A DNA stretch of 40,273 bases from Gemmatimonadota bacterium (GCA_039591655.1 JBDHDE010000024.1:1-40273); one strand, 5' to 3'; positions 1 through 9,969 are shown, numbered from the stretch's first letter. Notes: generated from the sequence alone by a model not told the origin. A program made the numbers and translations.

Positions 1-619
1 GCCCTCACCATGGGCCTCGACCGCGACGACGGGGTCGTGCGGCGCCGCATGGTGCAGAAGCTCGAGCTCCTCACGGAGGCCGTGCTGGCGCCACCCACCG
101 AGGAGCAGCTGCGGTCCTACTTCCAGGAGAACCTGGAGCGGTATCGCATTCCCGAGGGACGCAGCTTCTCTCACGTCTACTTCAACCTGGACCAGCGTGG
201 CGAGGGCGCAGTAGCCGATGCAGAGAGCCTGCTGGATGAGTTGCGCAATGCGCGCCAGCCGGTGACCCGCGCGCCTGATGCAGTACGACTACCGGTTGCA
301 CACGCAGGTCGAAGTCGAGCGGCTCTTCGGGCGCCGCTTCGCAGCGAGCCTGTTCGAGGTTGAGCCGCAGTCGTGGCAGGGCCCGATCCAGTCGGGGTAC
401 GGCTTGCACCTGGTTTACGTGTCGGAGGTGAGCCCGGAGGCCGTGCCGGACTTCGAGGCGGTCCGTAGTCGGGTTCAGGTGGACTACGAGGCCAACCAGC
501 GCTACGAGGCCAAGGAGGCGCTGTACCGCAGCTTGGCCAGTGGGTACGAGGTGGTCATCGACCAGGAGGCGGTCCGCGCGGCGTCGATGCAGCCCGAGTC
601 CAGCGGAGCGAGCCGCTGA
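1..619 (+). pseudogene. PpiC/parvulin-like (Rotamase_2-type) protein, 5' end outside the window, frameshifted near 273-277
   Basis: Frame 1 gives ...GLDRDDGVVRRRMVQKL...SFSHVYF...; frame 2 from ~275 continues LMQYDY...LFGRRFAASLF...WQGPIQSGYGLHLV...FEAVR..V..D. Both halves fit one family. The break may be an assembly error. Confidence 0.75.
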
Positions 620-621
620 GC

Positions 622-2859
622 GTGCGCGTTCGCCTGATCGGGCTCGCCGTCGCCGTCGCGCTTGCCGTCGCGCTGGCTGTCACTCTCACCACGGCACCCG
701 CGTGGGCCGACGACGTGCGGCCGGTGCAGGTGCACATCACCGAGCGGGAGCCGGACAACTTCCTGGTCCAGTGGTTGGTGCCGCAGGTGCTTCCGATCCG
801 GGCCATGCCGAGCCCCGTGCTGCCTGCCCACTGCCGGCCCGAGGGCGAGCGCGTCGTCCTGGAGCGGCCGGGAGCGTGGCTCAACCGGCAGGCCTATCGC
901 TGCTCCGGCGGACTGTTCGGGCACTCGCTGGGCATCAGCTATCCGATCTCGAACCCCGGGCTCGCCACCGTCATCCGCGTTGACCTGTTGTCCGGCGCGC
1001 GCTTCGCCCACGCGCTGGCCCCCACGGAGGAGAGCTGGCAGGTGCCGGAGGAGGACGTGGGGGCCGTCGAGTCCTGGCTCCGCGGCGCTCGCGGCGCCGT
1101 AGTTTCAGGCTGGGAGCACGTGGTAGGCCACTGGGTGCACATCGCGTTCTTGCTGGCGCTGATTCTCGTGGGAGGGGCTGTCGGTCCGATCCGGCTGGTG
1201 ACCGCCTTCGCGGTGGGACAGGTCGCTGCCGTCGCGATCACCACGGTGGTTGGCAGCCAGTTCGACGCCACCGTAGCCGAGATCTGTGTCGCCATCGCGG
1301 TGGTGCTGCTCGCACGCGAGGCATTGCGGACCACACCCGACCGGCGGCGCGTCACCGGGCTCGGTGCCGGCGCCGGCGTGTTCCACGGGGTCGCACTCGC
1401 CGGGCTGCTCCCCGCAGTTCCGGTATCGGGGGGGACGCCATCGTGGTGGACCCTTCTCGTGCTGGTGCTGGGGATGGATGCCGCACTCTTGGTGTTGGCC
1501 GCAGTCGCGCAGGCCGTCGAGCGGCTTGTTACACGCCGGTGGCCTACGGAACGAGCGCGCACAGCGCTCACGTATGTCGTGGCGGTCACGGCAGTCACCG
1601 CTGCGCTGGCACTTGCCTTTGGCGAACCTGCCACCGAGACGCCTGTGGCGGTGCCGAGCGCGCGACTCCCCGGTATGACTGGAGCCACATCAGCCGCAGG
1701 CCCGCGGGCCTCGCGACGGTTGGCACCCCAAGCGCCGAGCGCCCCCATTCAGAGCTATCTCGCGGTGGAGCCGTTCGAGGTGCGGCAGGAGGTGCTGGTT
1801 CGGGTGCAGGACGTGGCACACCAAATCGGTATGCGTGCAGGCGCAGGTGGTAACATCGAGATTGGCGTACAGGAAGAAGTGACGAGCAGCGTCGCGGAGT
1901 ATGTCAGCTCGCACGCCACCGTGGAGATCGACGGTGAGGCGGCGAGCGGCATCGTGGATCGGGTGAGCTTCATGACCGTCGACGCGCAGGGCGTACTGCC
2001 GCGGCAGTCACCGGTGCGCGAGCCGATCGGCGAAGCGTTCGTTGGGGTGACCCTGGTGTACCTGACCCCGGGCGTACCGAATGAGGTGACACTCAGCTGG
2101 GACGTGCTGGCCGACGGGGCGCCGCCGATTCCGGCAACGGTGATAGACCCCGAGTCATCCCGCTCCACGACGCTGACGTCCGAGCAGCCAGTGCTGCGGT
2201 GGCGCAACGAGCTGCTCGAGGACCCCATCCCGACCGTAGCCGCTGTGGCCGTCGAGCCGGCGGCGCTTCCCATCCCCCTGCTCTCGCTGGCTCTGCTGGC
2301 CCTCGCCTTCCTGCTGGTCGCCACGGGAGTGCGCGGCCGGCGGCAGACGACGTCGTTCGCCGCCGCCCGGGTAGCGCTCGCCCTGGCACTCGCCGTCGGG
2401 ACGTTCGCCCAGGTCGCGATCGCGCTGCCGGCGTCCGTGGCACGGGCCACTTCGGCCGAGCAGGCCCAGCGGATTCTGGCGAGCGTCCTCCCCAACGTGT
2501 ATCGCGCCCTCGAGTTCCGCGACGAGGGCGCGGCCTACGACCGTCTCGCGATGAGCGTGACGGGCGAGACGCTCACCGACATCTATCTCGAGCACCGCCG
2601 CTCGCTCGAGCTGGAGGAGCGCGGCGGTGCCCGGGCCCGAGTGGACGCCGTCGAGGTCAAGGAGGTCGGCAACGTTCGCCCCAGAGAGGACGGGGGCTTC
2701 GATGCCGAGGCGTCATGGATCGTGGGCGGCAACGTGACGCATTTCGGGCACCGGCACTTTCGGCAGAACCGCTACGACACGCGGGTAACGGTGGTGCCGG
2801 TCGACGGGACGTGGAAGATCCGCTCAATCGATATCCTGGAGCAGGAGCGGGTCAGGTAA
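622..2859 (+). CDS. HupE/UreJ-like membrane protein fused to a large C-terminal domain
   Basis: Signal peptide (AWA-DD), extracytoplasmic domain, TM bundle with GWEH..H..H and GVFHG (HupE/UreJ_2-like), then a second soluble domain, 2 TM and a C-terminal VTHFGHRHFRQN domain. Confidence 0.65.
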   Translation: MRVRLIGLAVAVALAVALAVTLTTAPAWADDVRPVQVHITEREPDNFLVQWLVPQVLPIRAMPSPVLPAHCRPEGERVVLERPGAWLNRQAYRCSGGLFGHSLGISYPISNPGLATVIRVDLLSGARFAHALAPTEESWQVPEEDVGAVESWLRGARGAVVSGWEHVVGHWVHIAFLLALILVGGAVGPIRLVTAFAVGQVAAVAITTVVGSQFDATVAEICVAIAVVLLAREALRTTPDRRRVTGLGAGAGVFHGVALAGLLPAVPVSGGTPSWWTLLVLVLGMDAALLVLAAVAQAVERLVTRRWPTERARTALTYVVAVTAVTAALALAFGEPATETPVAVPSARLPGMTGATSAAGPRASRRLAPQAPSAPIQSYLAVEPFEVRQEVLVRVQDVAHQIGMRAGAGGNIEIGVQEEVTSSVAEYVSSHATVEIDGEAASGIVDRVSFMTVDAQGVLPRQSPVREPIGEAFVGVTLVYLTPGVPNEVTLSWDVLADGAPPIPATVIDPESSRSTTLTSEQPVLRWRNELLEDPIPTVAAVAVEPAALPIPLLSLALLALAFLLVATGVRGRRQTTSFAAARVALALALAVGTFAQVAIALPASVARATSAEQAQRILASVLPNVYRALEFRDEGAAYDRLAMSVTGETLTDIYLEHRRSLELEERGGARARVDAVEVKEVGNVRPREDGGFDAEASWIVGGNVTHFGHRHFRQNRYDTRVTVVPVDGTWKIRSIDILEQERVR

Positions 2860-2890
2860 CAGCAGATCGTTTGCAGTGAGGACATCGCCC

Positions 2891-3409
2891 ATGACCGGTA
2901 GCGACTCCCCAGCACAGGCGCCCGCCCCCGCCGGCCGGCTCGTCGTCGGCGGCATCATATTCGTCTCCGGATTCCTCGCCCCGGCGTTGATTCCGCTCGT
3001 CGCAGCCTCTTCCTTGCCCACCGGCTGGAAGGCAACGCTATCCGGCCTATTGGCACTGGGAATCCCCGAGCTGGGCATGCTGGTGGCCGTGGCGGTGATG
3101 GGAAAGCCGGGGTTCGAATCCCTGAAGGCGCGGCTGCGCCGGTTCTTCAGGCGGTACGGTCCGCCGGCCGCGGTGAGTCGCACACGATATCGTGTAGGGC
3201 TCGTGATGTTCACGCTCCCGCTGCTCCTCGCGTGGGTAACGCCGTACGCGTCGTACCTACTGCACGGACTCGATCTCAACCGGCCCGGCGTAGCCGTAGC
3301 TGGTGACATCATGCTGGTCACGAGCCTGTTCGTGCTGGGCGGCGATTTCTGGGACAAGCTGCGGTCGCTGTTCGTGTACGGATCCAGGGTGCAGTTCGCG
3401 GAGGGCTGA
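2891..3409 (+). CDS. 'Transporter suffix domain'-type small membrane protein
   Basis: 4 TM with GIPE..M..AVAVMGKPGF and SLFVLGGDFWDKLRSLF motifs; GAGGA RBS upstream of ATG 2891. Confidence 0.65.
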   Translation: MTGSDSPAQAPAPAGRLVVGGIIFVSGFLAPALIPLVAASSLPTGWKATLSGLLALGIPELGMLVAVAVMGKPGFESLKARLRRFFRRYGPPAAVSRTRYRVGLVMFTLPLLLAWVTPYASYLLHGLDLNRPGVAVAGDIMLVTSLFVLGGDFWDKLRSLFVYGSRVQFAEG

Positions 3410-3464
3410 CCGCCGGTCACCCATCAGACTCGCAGCTCGACTCGCTTTCTTGGAGGCTCAGTAA

Positions 3465-4112
3465 ATGGCGACTCCACCGAGCGATCCCTCACGCCATCAC
3501 AAGGAGGAGCGGGCCATCCTGCAACTCAGCCGCCTCGAGCGGGTGAGCGACGTGGTCTACGCCCTCGTGATCCTGCGCATCTTCTTGTTCGTCCCCAGGC
3601 CCGGCCAGGAGGACTGGAGGTGGGACGCCATCGGCCCCTTCGTGACGGACAACCTGCTGATCTTCGCCGTGGTCGGCATCGCGGTGGCGATCACGATCAT
3701 ATACTGGCTGCAGAACAACGCACTGCTGGGCCATCTGGAGCAAACCGACGGTCGCCATACGGCGCTCATGATCCTGCAGCTCTTCTTCCTGCTGATGTTC
3801 CTCTACGCCATCGGCATTGGCATCAACCTGGGCGCGTCCAGCGGGACGAGGGCGCTCGAGAGCATCACCGCGGCACTGCTCGGCATCTCAGGCGGCTGGG
3901 CGTGGCAGTACGCCATCAGGCGGCGCCGCTTGCTGCGGCCGGACGTCACCGATGAGGACGCCCGGGCCCTGGCGCACCGGATCACCGCCGAGCCCCTCAC
4001 CGCCCTGGTGACGGTCCCGCTGGCATTCGTCGGCCCGATCGTGTGGGAACTGTCGTGGCTGAGCTACCCACTGTGGGTGTCACTGCTAAGGCGCCGCGGG
4101 CGGGGAAGATGA
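3465..4112 (+). CDS. TMEM175/DUF1211 family membrane protein (putative K+ channel)
   Basis: RLERVSDVVYALVI resembles the RLEAFSDGVFAIA signature; YW..N motif; ~6 TM; GGAGG RBS. Confidence 0.75.
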   Translation: MATPPSDPSRHHKEERAILQLSRLERVSDVVYALVILRIFLFVPRPGQEDWRWDAIGPFVTDNLLIFAVVGIAVAITIIYWLQNNALLGHLEQTDGRHTALMILQLFFLLMFLYAIGIGINLGASSGTRALESITAALLGISGGWAWQYAIRRRRLLRPDVTDEDARALAHRITAEPLTALVTVPLAFVGPIVWELSWLSYPLWVSLLRRRGRGR

Positions 4113-4258
4113 GACACACCGCCTGTGCCGCGCTGGCCGCTGCCGCGCTCTCCTGCGCCCCGTCCCCCGACCGAACTGCGGACACCGCGCACCAGCGCAC
4201 CACACACTCGAGCTACAAGGGGGAGGACGGGCCCGCACGCTGGGCGGAAGACGCCTAG
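4109..4258 (+). pseudogene. Truncated lipoprotein resembling the N-terminus of an alpha-carbonic anhydrase
   Basis: ATGA overlap with the upstream stop; lipobox AAALSC; HSSYKGEDGPARWAE resembles HWSYxGxxGPxxW; stop after 49 aa. Confidence 0.45.
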
Positions 4259-5088
4259 CTCTCCAGCGCCCGCTCCACTGCGGCCCGCCGCTCCGGCGCT
4301 AGCTCCGCGAGGTCCAGAGCCGCCCTGGCTAGCTCGCGGTACAGTACTGCCGCCTCCGGCGGCAGCGCGGCCAGGTGCCGGCCGATGGTCTCCACATCTC
4401 CCCGGGCCACGGGTCCCGTGAGGGCCTCCTCCGGTCCCACCGACCGGACGTTGTCCAGCGCCGCCGCCATGAGGGGAGCGAGGGCCTTGCGGGCGTCTGC
4501 GGTGCTCATGCCCGCCTCTACGAGCAACCGCTCCGCGACACCCTCCAGGACCACCAGGTAGTTAGAGGCGAACACCGCCGCGGCGTGGTACAGAACCTTC
4601 TGCTCCGCCGCGACACTGACTGGAGTGAGACCCACGGAGCGGGCCAGCTCGGAGGCGACAGCGACCGCCTCGTCCGAGCCGCCGACGCCGGCGACGGCGC
4701 CCGGTAGTCGCTCCACCGCGGCTTCGACCGGATGGGCCAGGGTCTGGTAGGGGTGCAGTGAACCCAAGGCCGCGCCACTGGCGGCGAGGGGGGCCAGCGC
4801 CTCGTCACCCAGGACGCCGGAGAGGTGGAGCACGGTGTGGCGTTTCCCGATCGTCCCGACTGCGGCAATGCGCCGGGCCACGGGCGTCACGGCGTCGTCG
4901 GGAACGGCGAGGAGGAGCACCTCCACTTCGGCCAGCCAGGGTGGCTCGCCACCGGAGGTGAGTGTGAGTGGTGCAGGAACCTCGCGCGCCTGCCGGCCAT
5001 GAAGGAAGACGCTATGACCGGCCCGGGACAGCGCGAGGCCGAGCGCGATTCCTGCGCGTCCCGGCCCCACGATCCCGACGCTGCTCAC
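4255..5088 (-). CDS. Rossmann-like / DUF2520 oxidoreductase (PanG-like ketopantoate reductase family)
   Basis: GIVGPGRAG, HLSG, HPYQT, YHAAAVFASN, LTGPVARGD; GTG start overlaps the ctpA stop (GTGA). Confidence 0.85.
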   Translation of the reverse strand: MSSVGIVGPGRAGIALGLALSRAGHSVFLHGRQAREVPAPLTLTSGGEPPWLAEVEVLLLAVPDDAVTPVARRIAAVGTIGKRHTVLHLSGVLGDEALAPLAASGAALGSLHPYQTLAHPVEAAVERLPGAVAGVGGSDEAVAVASELARSVGLTPVSVAAEQKVLYHAAAVFASNYLVVLEGVAERLLVEAGMSTADARKALAPLMAAALDNVRSVGPEEALTGPVARGDVETIGRHLAALPPEAAVLYRELARAALDLAELAPERRAAVERALES

Positions 5089-6710
5089 GGAGTGCGGCTG
5101 GGCTCCGTCCGGGCTTCGGCGAGGGCCAGGAGCTCGGGGACGGTGCGCGCCTCCTCGAGGAGCGCCAGGGCCTGCTGCACCTGGACATCGTCCCGGATGC
5201 GGCGCCGCGACTCCGACTCCCGACCGAACACGTAGCGCTGCACCTCGTAGCTGAGGTGCTGGTCCATGAGGAGCTGGGCGCCGCGCAGCACGCCCTCCGG
5301 AAGCTCGACGCCGCGCTGGGCGAGCCGGCGGTGCAGCTCGGCACGCATCACAGGGGTCACCGCGAAGTCCGGATCGGTGATCGTCTCTTGCGCCTTGAGC
5401 TCCAGCGCATAGGTCGTCATGACGTCGCGATACACTTGCAGCTGGGAGCCCAGGGCCTGGAGGAACTCCTTCTCCGGGTCGGTGAGGGTGTCGGGCCGCA
5501 CCAGCAGGTCGGGCCGGATACCGCCTCCGCCAACCACGATCCGGCCGGCGTCGGTCTGATACACCTGGCTCGAGTCCGGCTCGGGGGCTGCCTCCGGCTC
5601 CTCCACCCTGGTGACCATCAACGCCTCCGCCGGGGTGCGGGCCCGCGGCCTCTGAATGGTCCGGCCGCTGGGCGTGTACCACCGGGCCGTGGTGAGCCTG
5701 AGCGCCTGAACGTGACCCAGGCGGAACACCGTCTGCACCTGGCCCTTGCCGAACGTAGGGGTGCCGATGATGAGCGCCCGGTCGTGATCCTGCCACGCCC
5801 CCGCGATGATCTCCGAGGCACTGGCCGTGCCGCCGTCCACCAGCACCACCACTGCCAGGCCGGGCCACCGCTGCCGGTCCTCGGCGCGATACAGCTCCGA
5901 CATGCCGCGGGCCCGCCCCCTGGTGGAGACGATGCTCTGACCCGGATCGAGGAAGAGATCGGAGACATCCACGCCGGCGTCCAACAGGCCGCCGGGGTTT
6001 CTCCGGACATCCAGGATGAGGGCCGACGCGCCCTCGTCCACCAGGCGCTCGACCTCCGCTTCCAACTCGCGGGCCAGGGCCTCGCTGACGCTGGACCCCA
6101 CGAGGGAGACGTATCCCACGTCATCCTCGAGCAGGGTGGCGAGCTGGATGGCGTTGACGTGGATCAGGGCCCGCTCGATGGTGAACTCCAGGTTCTCGCG
6201 GAAGCCGGGACGCGCCACCGTGATCTGCACTTCAGTCCCCGGGGGACCCCGCAGCTCCGAGACCGCCTGGTCACTCTTCCAGCCGAAGGTCGACTCACCG
6301 TCCACACCGACGATGCGATCGCCCGTCTCGAGCCCGGCGTCCTCCGCCGGGGTGCCCACGATCGGGGCGATGATCGTGATCCAGCCGTCCCGCACGTCGA
6401 TCCGGATTCCCAGCCCGCCGTAGTTCCCCGTCGTGCTCTCGGTGAGCTCCTCGAAGTCCTCCGCGCGCAGGAACCGCGCGTAGGGATCGTCCAATTGCTC
6501 CAGCAGGCCGTCGATCGCCAGGTCGTACAGCTGGGTCACCCCGATCGAGTCCACGTAGTAGTCCGCCACGTAGCCCAACACGTCGTCGAACAGGCGCGCC
6601 TGCTCGTAAACGTTGCCGGCTCGGGACGCACCCCGCTGGAGCAGCCACCCGCCCGACAGGAACGAGACGAACCCGACCAACGTGAGCAGCAGAATCCGTC
6701 GACCTTGCAT
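5085..6710 (-). CDS. ctpA: S41 family C-terminal processing peptidase
   Basis: N-terminal TM, PDZ (GLGI), LDVRRNPGG, TASASE (Ser), TFGKG (Lys), LTTARWYTPSGR. Confidence 0.93.
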   Translation of the reverse strand: MQGRRILLLTLVGFVSFLSGGWLLQRGASRAGNVYEQARLFDDVLGYVADYYVDSIGVTQLYDLAIDGLLEQLDDPYARFLRAEDFEELTESTTGNYGGLGIRIDVRDGWITIIAPIVGTPAEDAGLETGDRIVGVDGESTFGWKSDQAVSELRGPPGTEVQITVARPGFRENLEFTIERALIHVNAIQLATLLEDDVGYVSLVGSSVSEALARELEAEVERLVDEGASALILDVRRNPGGLLDAGVDVSDLFLDPGQSIVSTRGRARGMSELYRAEDRQRWPGLAVVVLVDGGTASASEIIAGAWQDHDRALIIGTPTFGKGQVQTVFRLGHVQALRLTTARWYTPSGRTIQRPRARTPAEALMVTRVEEPEAAPEPDSSQVYQTDAGRIVVGGGGIRPDLLVRPDTLTDPEKEFLQALGSQLQVYRDVMTTYALELKAQETITDPDFAVTPVMRAELHRRLAQRGVELPEGVLRGAQLLMDQHLSYEVQRYVFGRESESRRRIRDDVQVQQALALLEEARTVPELLALAEARTEPSRTP

Positions 6711-6766
6711 CAAGATCCTCCGATCGATCTCACGACCCGCCCTGCCCAGTTCAACCCACCTCCCGC

Positions 6767-7390
6767 CTATGGTGTTCCGTCCAGCCGGGCCTGGAGTACC
6801 TCCCACGCGGCCCGCTCCAGCTCCTCCGGCGGCGCCGTGGCGTCCAGATGTACCACGCCCGGCCCCCCGGCCTCCCGGAATGCCTGCGCCACCCGCTCGT
6901 GGAGCTCCGGGTCCTCCTGCTCCATTCGGTCCGGCGCCTTGCCCTGTGCGGCCTGGCGCCGCCGCCCGACCTCGGGCGGGACATCCAACACCAGCGTCAC
7001 GTCCGGCCTGAGCCCTCCGGTGGCCAGCCGGTTCGCCGCCAGGACCTCGTCCCGGGGGAGCCCCCGGCCGACGATCTGGTACGCCTCGGTGGACAGGTCG
7101 AACCGGTCGCTGATGACCACGGCACGCCCGTCGGCCAGCCGCGGCACGATGACCTGCTCCACCAGCTCTGCCCGGGCGGCCAGGATCAGGAACAGCTCAC
7201 CCGCCGGCCCCCAGCGCTGCTCGGGGTCCAGCACCAGCGCCCTGGCGGCCTCCGCGGCGGGCGTCCCGCCCGGCTCGCGGACCTCGAGGACCTCGAGCCC
7301 GGCTTCCCGCAGCCGCTTCGCCAGGCGCTCCACCAGTGTGGTCTTTCCCGCGCCCTCGGCTCCCTCCACGACGACGAACAGGCCGGCCAC
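6767..7390 (-). CDS. tmk: Thymidylate kinase
   Basis: VEGAEGAGKTT P-loop, REPGG, SDRF..ST.AYQ, PD..LVLD. Confidence 0.95.
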   Translation of the reverse strand: MAGLFVVVEGAEGAGKTTLVERLAKRLREAGLEVLEVREPGGTPAAEAARALVLDPEQRWGPAGELFLILAARAELVEQVIVPRLADGRAVVISDRFDLSTEAYQIVGRGLPRDEVLAANRLATGGLRPDVTLVLDVPPEVGRRRQAAQGKAPDRMEQEDPELHERVAQAFREAGGPGVVHLDATAPPEELERAAWEVLQARLDGTP

Positions 7391-7398
7391 GCGCCCGC

Positions 7399-7752
7399 CT
7401 ACCCCAGGGTGATGATGGGGCTGGCGGCGCCCTTCTGCATCCCGTCCAGGATCTGGTCCTGCACCTGGAGCATCAGCTTGTCGAAGTTGGACTGGGCCGC
7501 CACCAGCTGCTGATAGCGGGGGTGAGCCTGGATCTCGCTCAGCAGGCCGTTGTACTCCTCGGCGTCGCTCGACTCCGGCTCGTTCCCCTCCGCAACTCGC
7601 TGCTCCAACTCCGCCGCGAGGGTCTGCAGTCGCTCGGACTTCACCTTCAGCTCCTGCTCCCCATCCAGGGCCTCCCGGGCGCGGTGGAGTGCCTTGAACT
7701 CCTCGCTCTGGCCCACCAGACGCCCGAGCTCCTGCGCTTTCTCCATGATCAC
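7399..7752 (-). CDS. YlbF/YmcA (Com_YlbF) family protein
   Basis: Helical 117 aa, EKAQELGRLVGQSEEF...AQSNFDKLM; GTG overlaps the prmC stop. Confidence 0.75.
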   Translation of the reverse strand: MIMEKAQELGRLVGQSEEFKALHRAREALDGEQELKVKSERLQTLAAELEQRVAEGNEPESSDAEEYNGLLSEIQAHPRYQQLVAAQSNFDKLMLQVQDQILDGMQKGAASPIITLG

Positions 7753-8630
7753 GGCGATGTCTCCCTGCTCGCGAGTAGGTAACGATCCCGCCCAAATAGG
7801 TCCTGCTCGACCCGCACGCTGTGCCAGCCGGCGCTCCGGGCCAGGCTTTCCGCCTCCTGGGCCCTGCTGCAATCTATCTCCACAACGAGCAGGCCGTCCG
7901 CGCGGAGGTGGGGTGCTGCCTGCTCGAGCAGCCGTCGGGTGTGCTCCAGCCCGCCTTCGCCGCTCACCAGTGCGTCCCTGGGCTCGAACCGGCGGACCCC
8001 AATATCCAGACCCTCGAACTCCTCGGCTGTGACGTACGGCGGGTTGGCCACGATCACCTCGAACGCCTCCCCGGCAACGGCCTCCAGTAGGTCTCCCTCC
8101 CGGAACTCCACCGGCACGGGCGGCGCCACGCGCCGAAGGTTCTCCCGGGCCAGGGCCAGCACCTCGGTAGAGGCGTCCGCGGCCACCACCCGGCGGAACC
8201 GGCCCTCCACGGCGAGGCTGAGCGCGATGCAGCCGCTCCCGGTACCCACGTCGAGGGCATCGCCCCAGGCGCCGGCTCCCCGCCCCCGGGCCCTCCGGCC
8301 CCAGGCCAGCACCCGCTCCACCAGACCCTCGGTCTCGGGCCGGGGAATGAGCACGCGGGAGTCGATCTGGAGCTCCAGAGTGCGGAACCCTCCAACCCCG
8401 GTGGCGTAGGCCGCCGGCTCGCCCTCGGCCCGCCGCTCCACCGCATCCAGGAACCGCGCCCTGCGTTCCCGGGGGGCCTCGACCTCCCGGGCGAGCCACA
8501 CGTCACCCACGGTCGCTCCCGCCAGGCGGGCCCAGAGCCGCGCGGCCTCCCGCCGGGGGTGCTCGAGCCCCACCGCCGCCAGACGACCGGCGCCCTCCTC
8601 CAGAGCCTGGGCTACCGTGGGGTGTTCCAC
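7749..8630 (-). CDS. prmC: Release factor glutamine methyltransferase
   Basis: GEP.AY..G, VLIPRPETE, DVGTGSG, NPPY; follows prfA. Confidence 0.96.
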   Translation of the reverse strand: MEHPTVAQALEEGAGRLAAVGLEHPRREAARLWARLAGATVGDVWLAREVEAPRERRARFLDAVERRAEGEPAAYATGVGGFRTLELQIDSRVLIPRPETEGLVERVLAWGRRARGRGAGAWGDALDVGTGSGCIALSLAVEGRFRRVVAADASTEVLALARENLRRVAPPVPVEFREGDLLEAVAGEAFEVIVANPPYVTAEEFEGLDIGVRRFEPRDALVSGEGGLEHTRRLLEQAAPHLRADGLLVVEIDCSRAQEAESLARSAGWHSVRVEQDLFGRDRYLLASRETSP

Positions 8631-8634
8631 CCGA

Positions 8635-9693
8635 TCAGGTCGCGGCCCGCTCTCCGCGGTGTGCGAGGGCCAGCGCCTCGACCACCTCGTCCAGTTCCCC
8701 TTCCAGGATCTCGTCCAGGCGGTGCACCGTCAGGCTTATGCGATGGTCGGTTACGCGGTTCTGCGGGAAGTTGTAGGTGCGGATCTTGGCCGACCGGTCG
8801 CCCGTTCCCACCATGGCCCGCCGCTCCCGGCTACGCCCGGCCTCCTGCTCGGCGAGCATCCGGTCCAGCAGCCGGGCCCGCAGCACCTCCAGGGCCCTGA
8901 CCTTGTTCTGCAGTTGCGACTTCTGGTCCTGACACTGCACCACGAGCCCGGTGGGCAGATGGGTCACGCGCACGGCGCTATCGGTGGTGTTGACGCTCTG
9001 GCCGCCGGGCCCGGAGGAGCGGAACACGTCGATCTTGAGCTCCTTCTCCTCCAGCCGGACGTCCACTTCCTCCGCCTCGGGAAGCACGGCGACGGTGGCC
9101 GCCGAGGTGTGGATCCGCCCCTGGGCCTCGGTCACCGGAACGCGTTGCACCCGATGCACGCCCGACTCATAGCGCAGCCGGCCATAGGCATGGTCACCCC
9201 GGACGTGGAAGATCGCTTCCTTGACCCCCCCGACGTTGCCCTCGGAGAGGGATACCATCTCCACCGTCCAGCCCTGGCGCTCCGCGTAGCGGTTGTACAT
9301 CCGCAACAGGTCCGCCGCGAACAGCGCGGCCTCGTCGCCGCCCGTGCCTGCGCGGACCTCGACGATGGTGTCCCGATCGTCCATGGGATCCGGCGGCACC
9401 AGGAGGTCCTGCAGCTCCACCTCGAGCGCCTCGACCTCGGGCGCGAGCTTGTCGAGATCCGCCTGCGCCAGCTCCGCCAGGGCAGGATCGTCATCCCGGG
9501 CCAGCTCCTCTGCCTGGCCCAGGTCACCCACCAGCTTGTCATATTGGGCTGCGACCCTGCGAATGCGCTCGAGCCGGGCGTGCTCCCGACCCAGGGACTT
9601 CAGCTTGGAGGGGTCCTTCGCGGTGGCCGGATCGGCGAGCTCGCGTTCGACCTCAGCCGCGCGGGTAAGCGCGGCCTCGAGCCGCGCTTTCAT
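8635..9693 (-). CDS. prfA: Peptide chain release factor 1
   Basis: GGDEA, ESGVHRVQRVPVTE (PxT), GGQ, RTYNFPQNRVTDHR. Confidence 0.98.
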   Translation of the reverse strand: MKARLEAALTRAAEVERELADPATAKDPSKLKSLGREHARLERIRRVAAQYDKLVGDLGQAEELARDDDPALAELAQADLDKLAPEVEALEVELQDLLVPPDPMDDRDTIVEVRAGTGGDEAALFAADLLRMYNRYAERQGWTVEMVSLSEGNVGGVKEAIFHVRGDHAYGRLRYESGVHRVQRVPVTEAQGRIHTSAATVAVLPEAEEVDVRLEEKELKIDVFRSSGPGGQSVNTTDSAVRVTHLPTGLVVQCQDQKSQLQNKVRALEVLRARLLDRMLAEQEAGRSRERRAMVGTGDRSAKIRTYNFPQNRVTDHRISLTVHRLDEILEGELDEVVEALALAHRGERAAT

Positions 9694-9699
9694 GGCAGG

Positions 9700-9918
9700 C
9701 TACTCCGCCTCCGCCTTGGCGCCACCGGCATAGCGCTGCCGGAAGCGCTCCACGCGGCCAGCCGTGTCCACGAGCCTCTGCTTGCCGGTGAAGAACGGAT
9801 GGCAGCGCGCGCAGATCTCTACGTGGATCGAGGGCAGGGTGGAGCGCGTCTCGAACGTGTTCCCGCAGGCGCACTGCACCACCGCGCGCTGATACGTGGG
9901 ATGGATATCCGCTTTCAC
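9700..9918 (-). CDS. rpmE: 50S ribosomal protein L31, zinc-binding (C+) type
   Basis: [35 protein letters not shown] upstream of GTG 9918. Confidence 0.96.
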   Translation of the reverse strand: MKADIHPTYQRAVVQCACGNTFETRSTLPSIHVEICARCHPFFTGKQRLVDTAGRVERFRQRYAGGAKAEAE

Positions 9919-9969
9919 CTCATACACTCCCTGAGAATCAACCGTCTACATCTGGTCCGAAGAGGCGGA

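Noticed and set aside
4255..5868. 537-aa ORF suggesting a long N-terminal extension of the DUF2520 protein
   Set aside because: The extension overlaps ctpA out of frame and is low-complexity; the real start is GTG 5088
4968..7412. 814-aa plus-strand ORF, and similar long ORFs (8617-10023, 21001-22554, 23973-25661, 28678-29937)
   Set aside because: Antisense shadows of well-supported genes; expected at this GC content; no motifs
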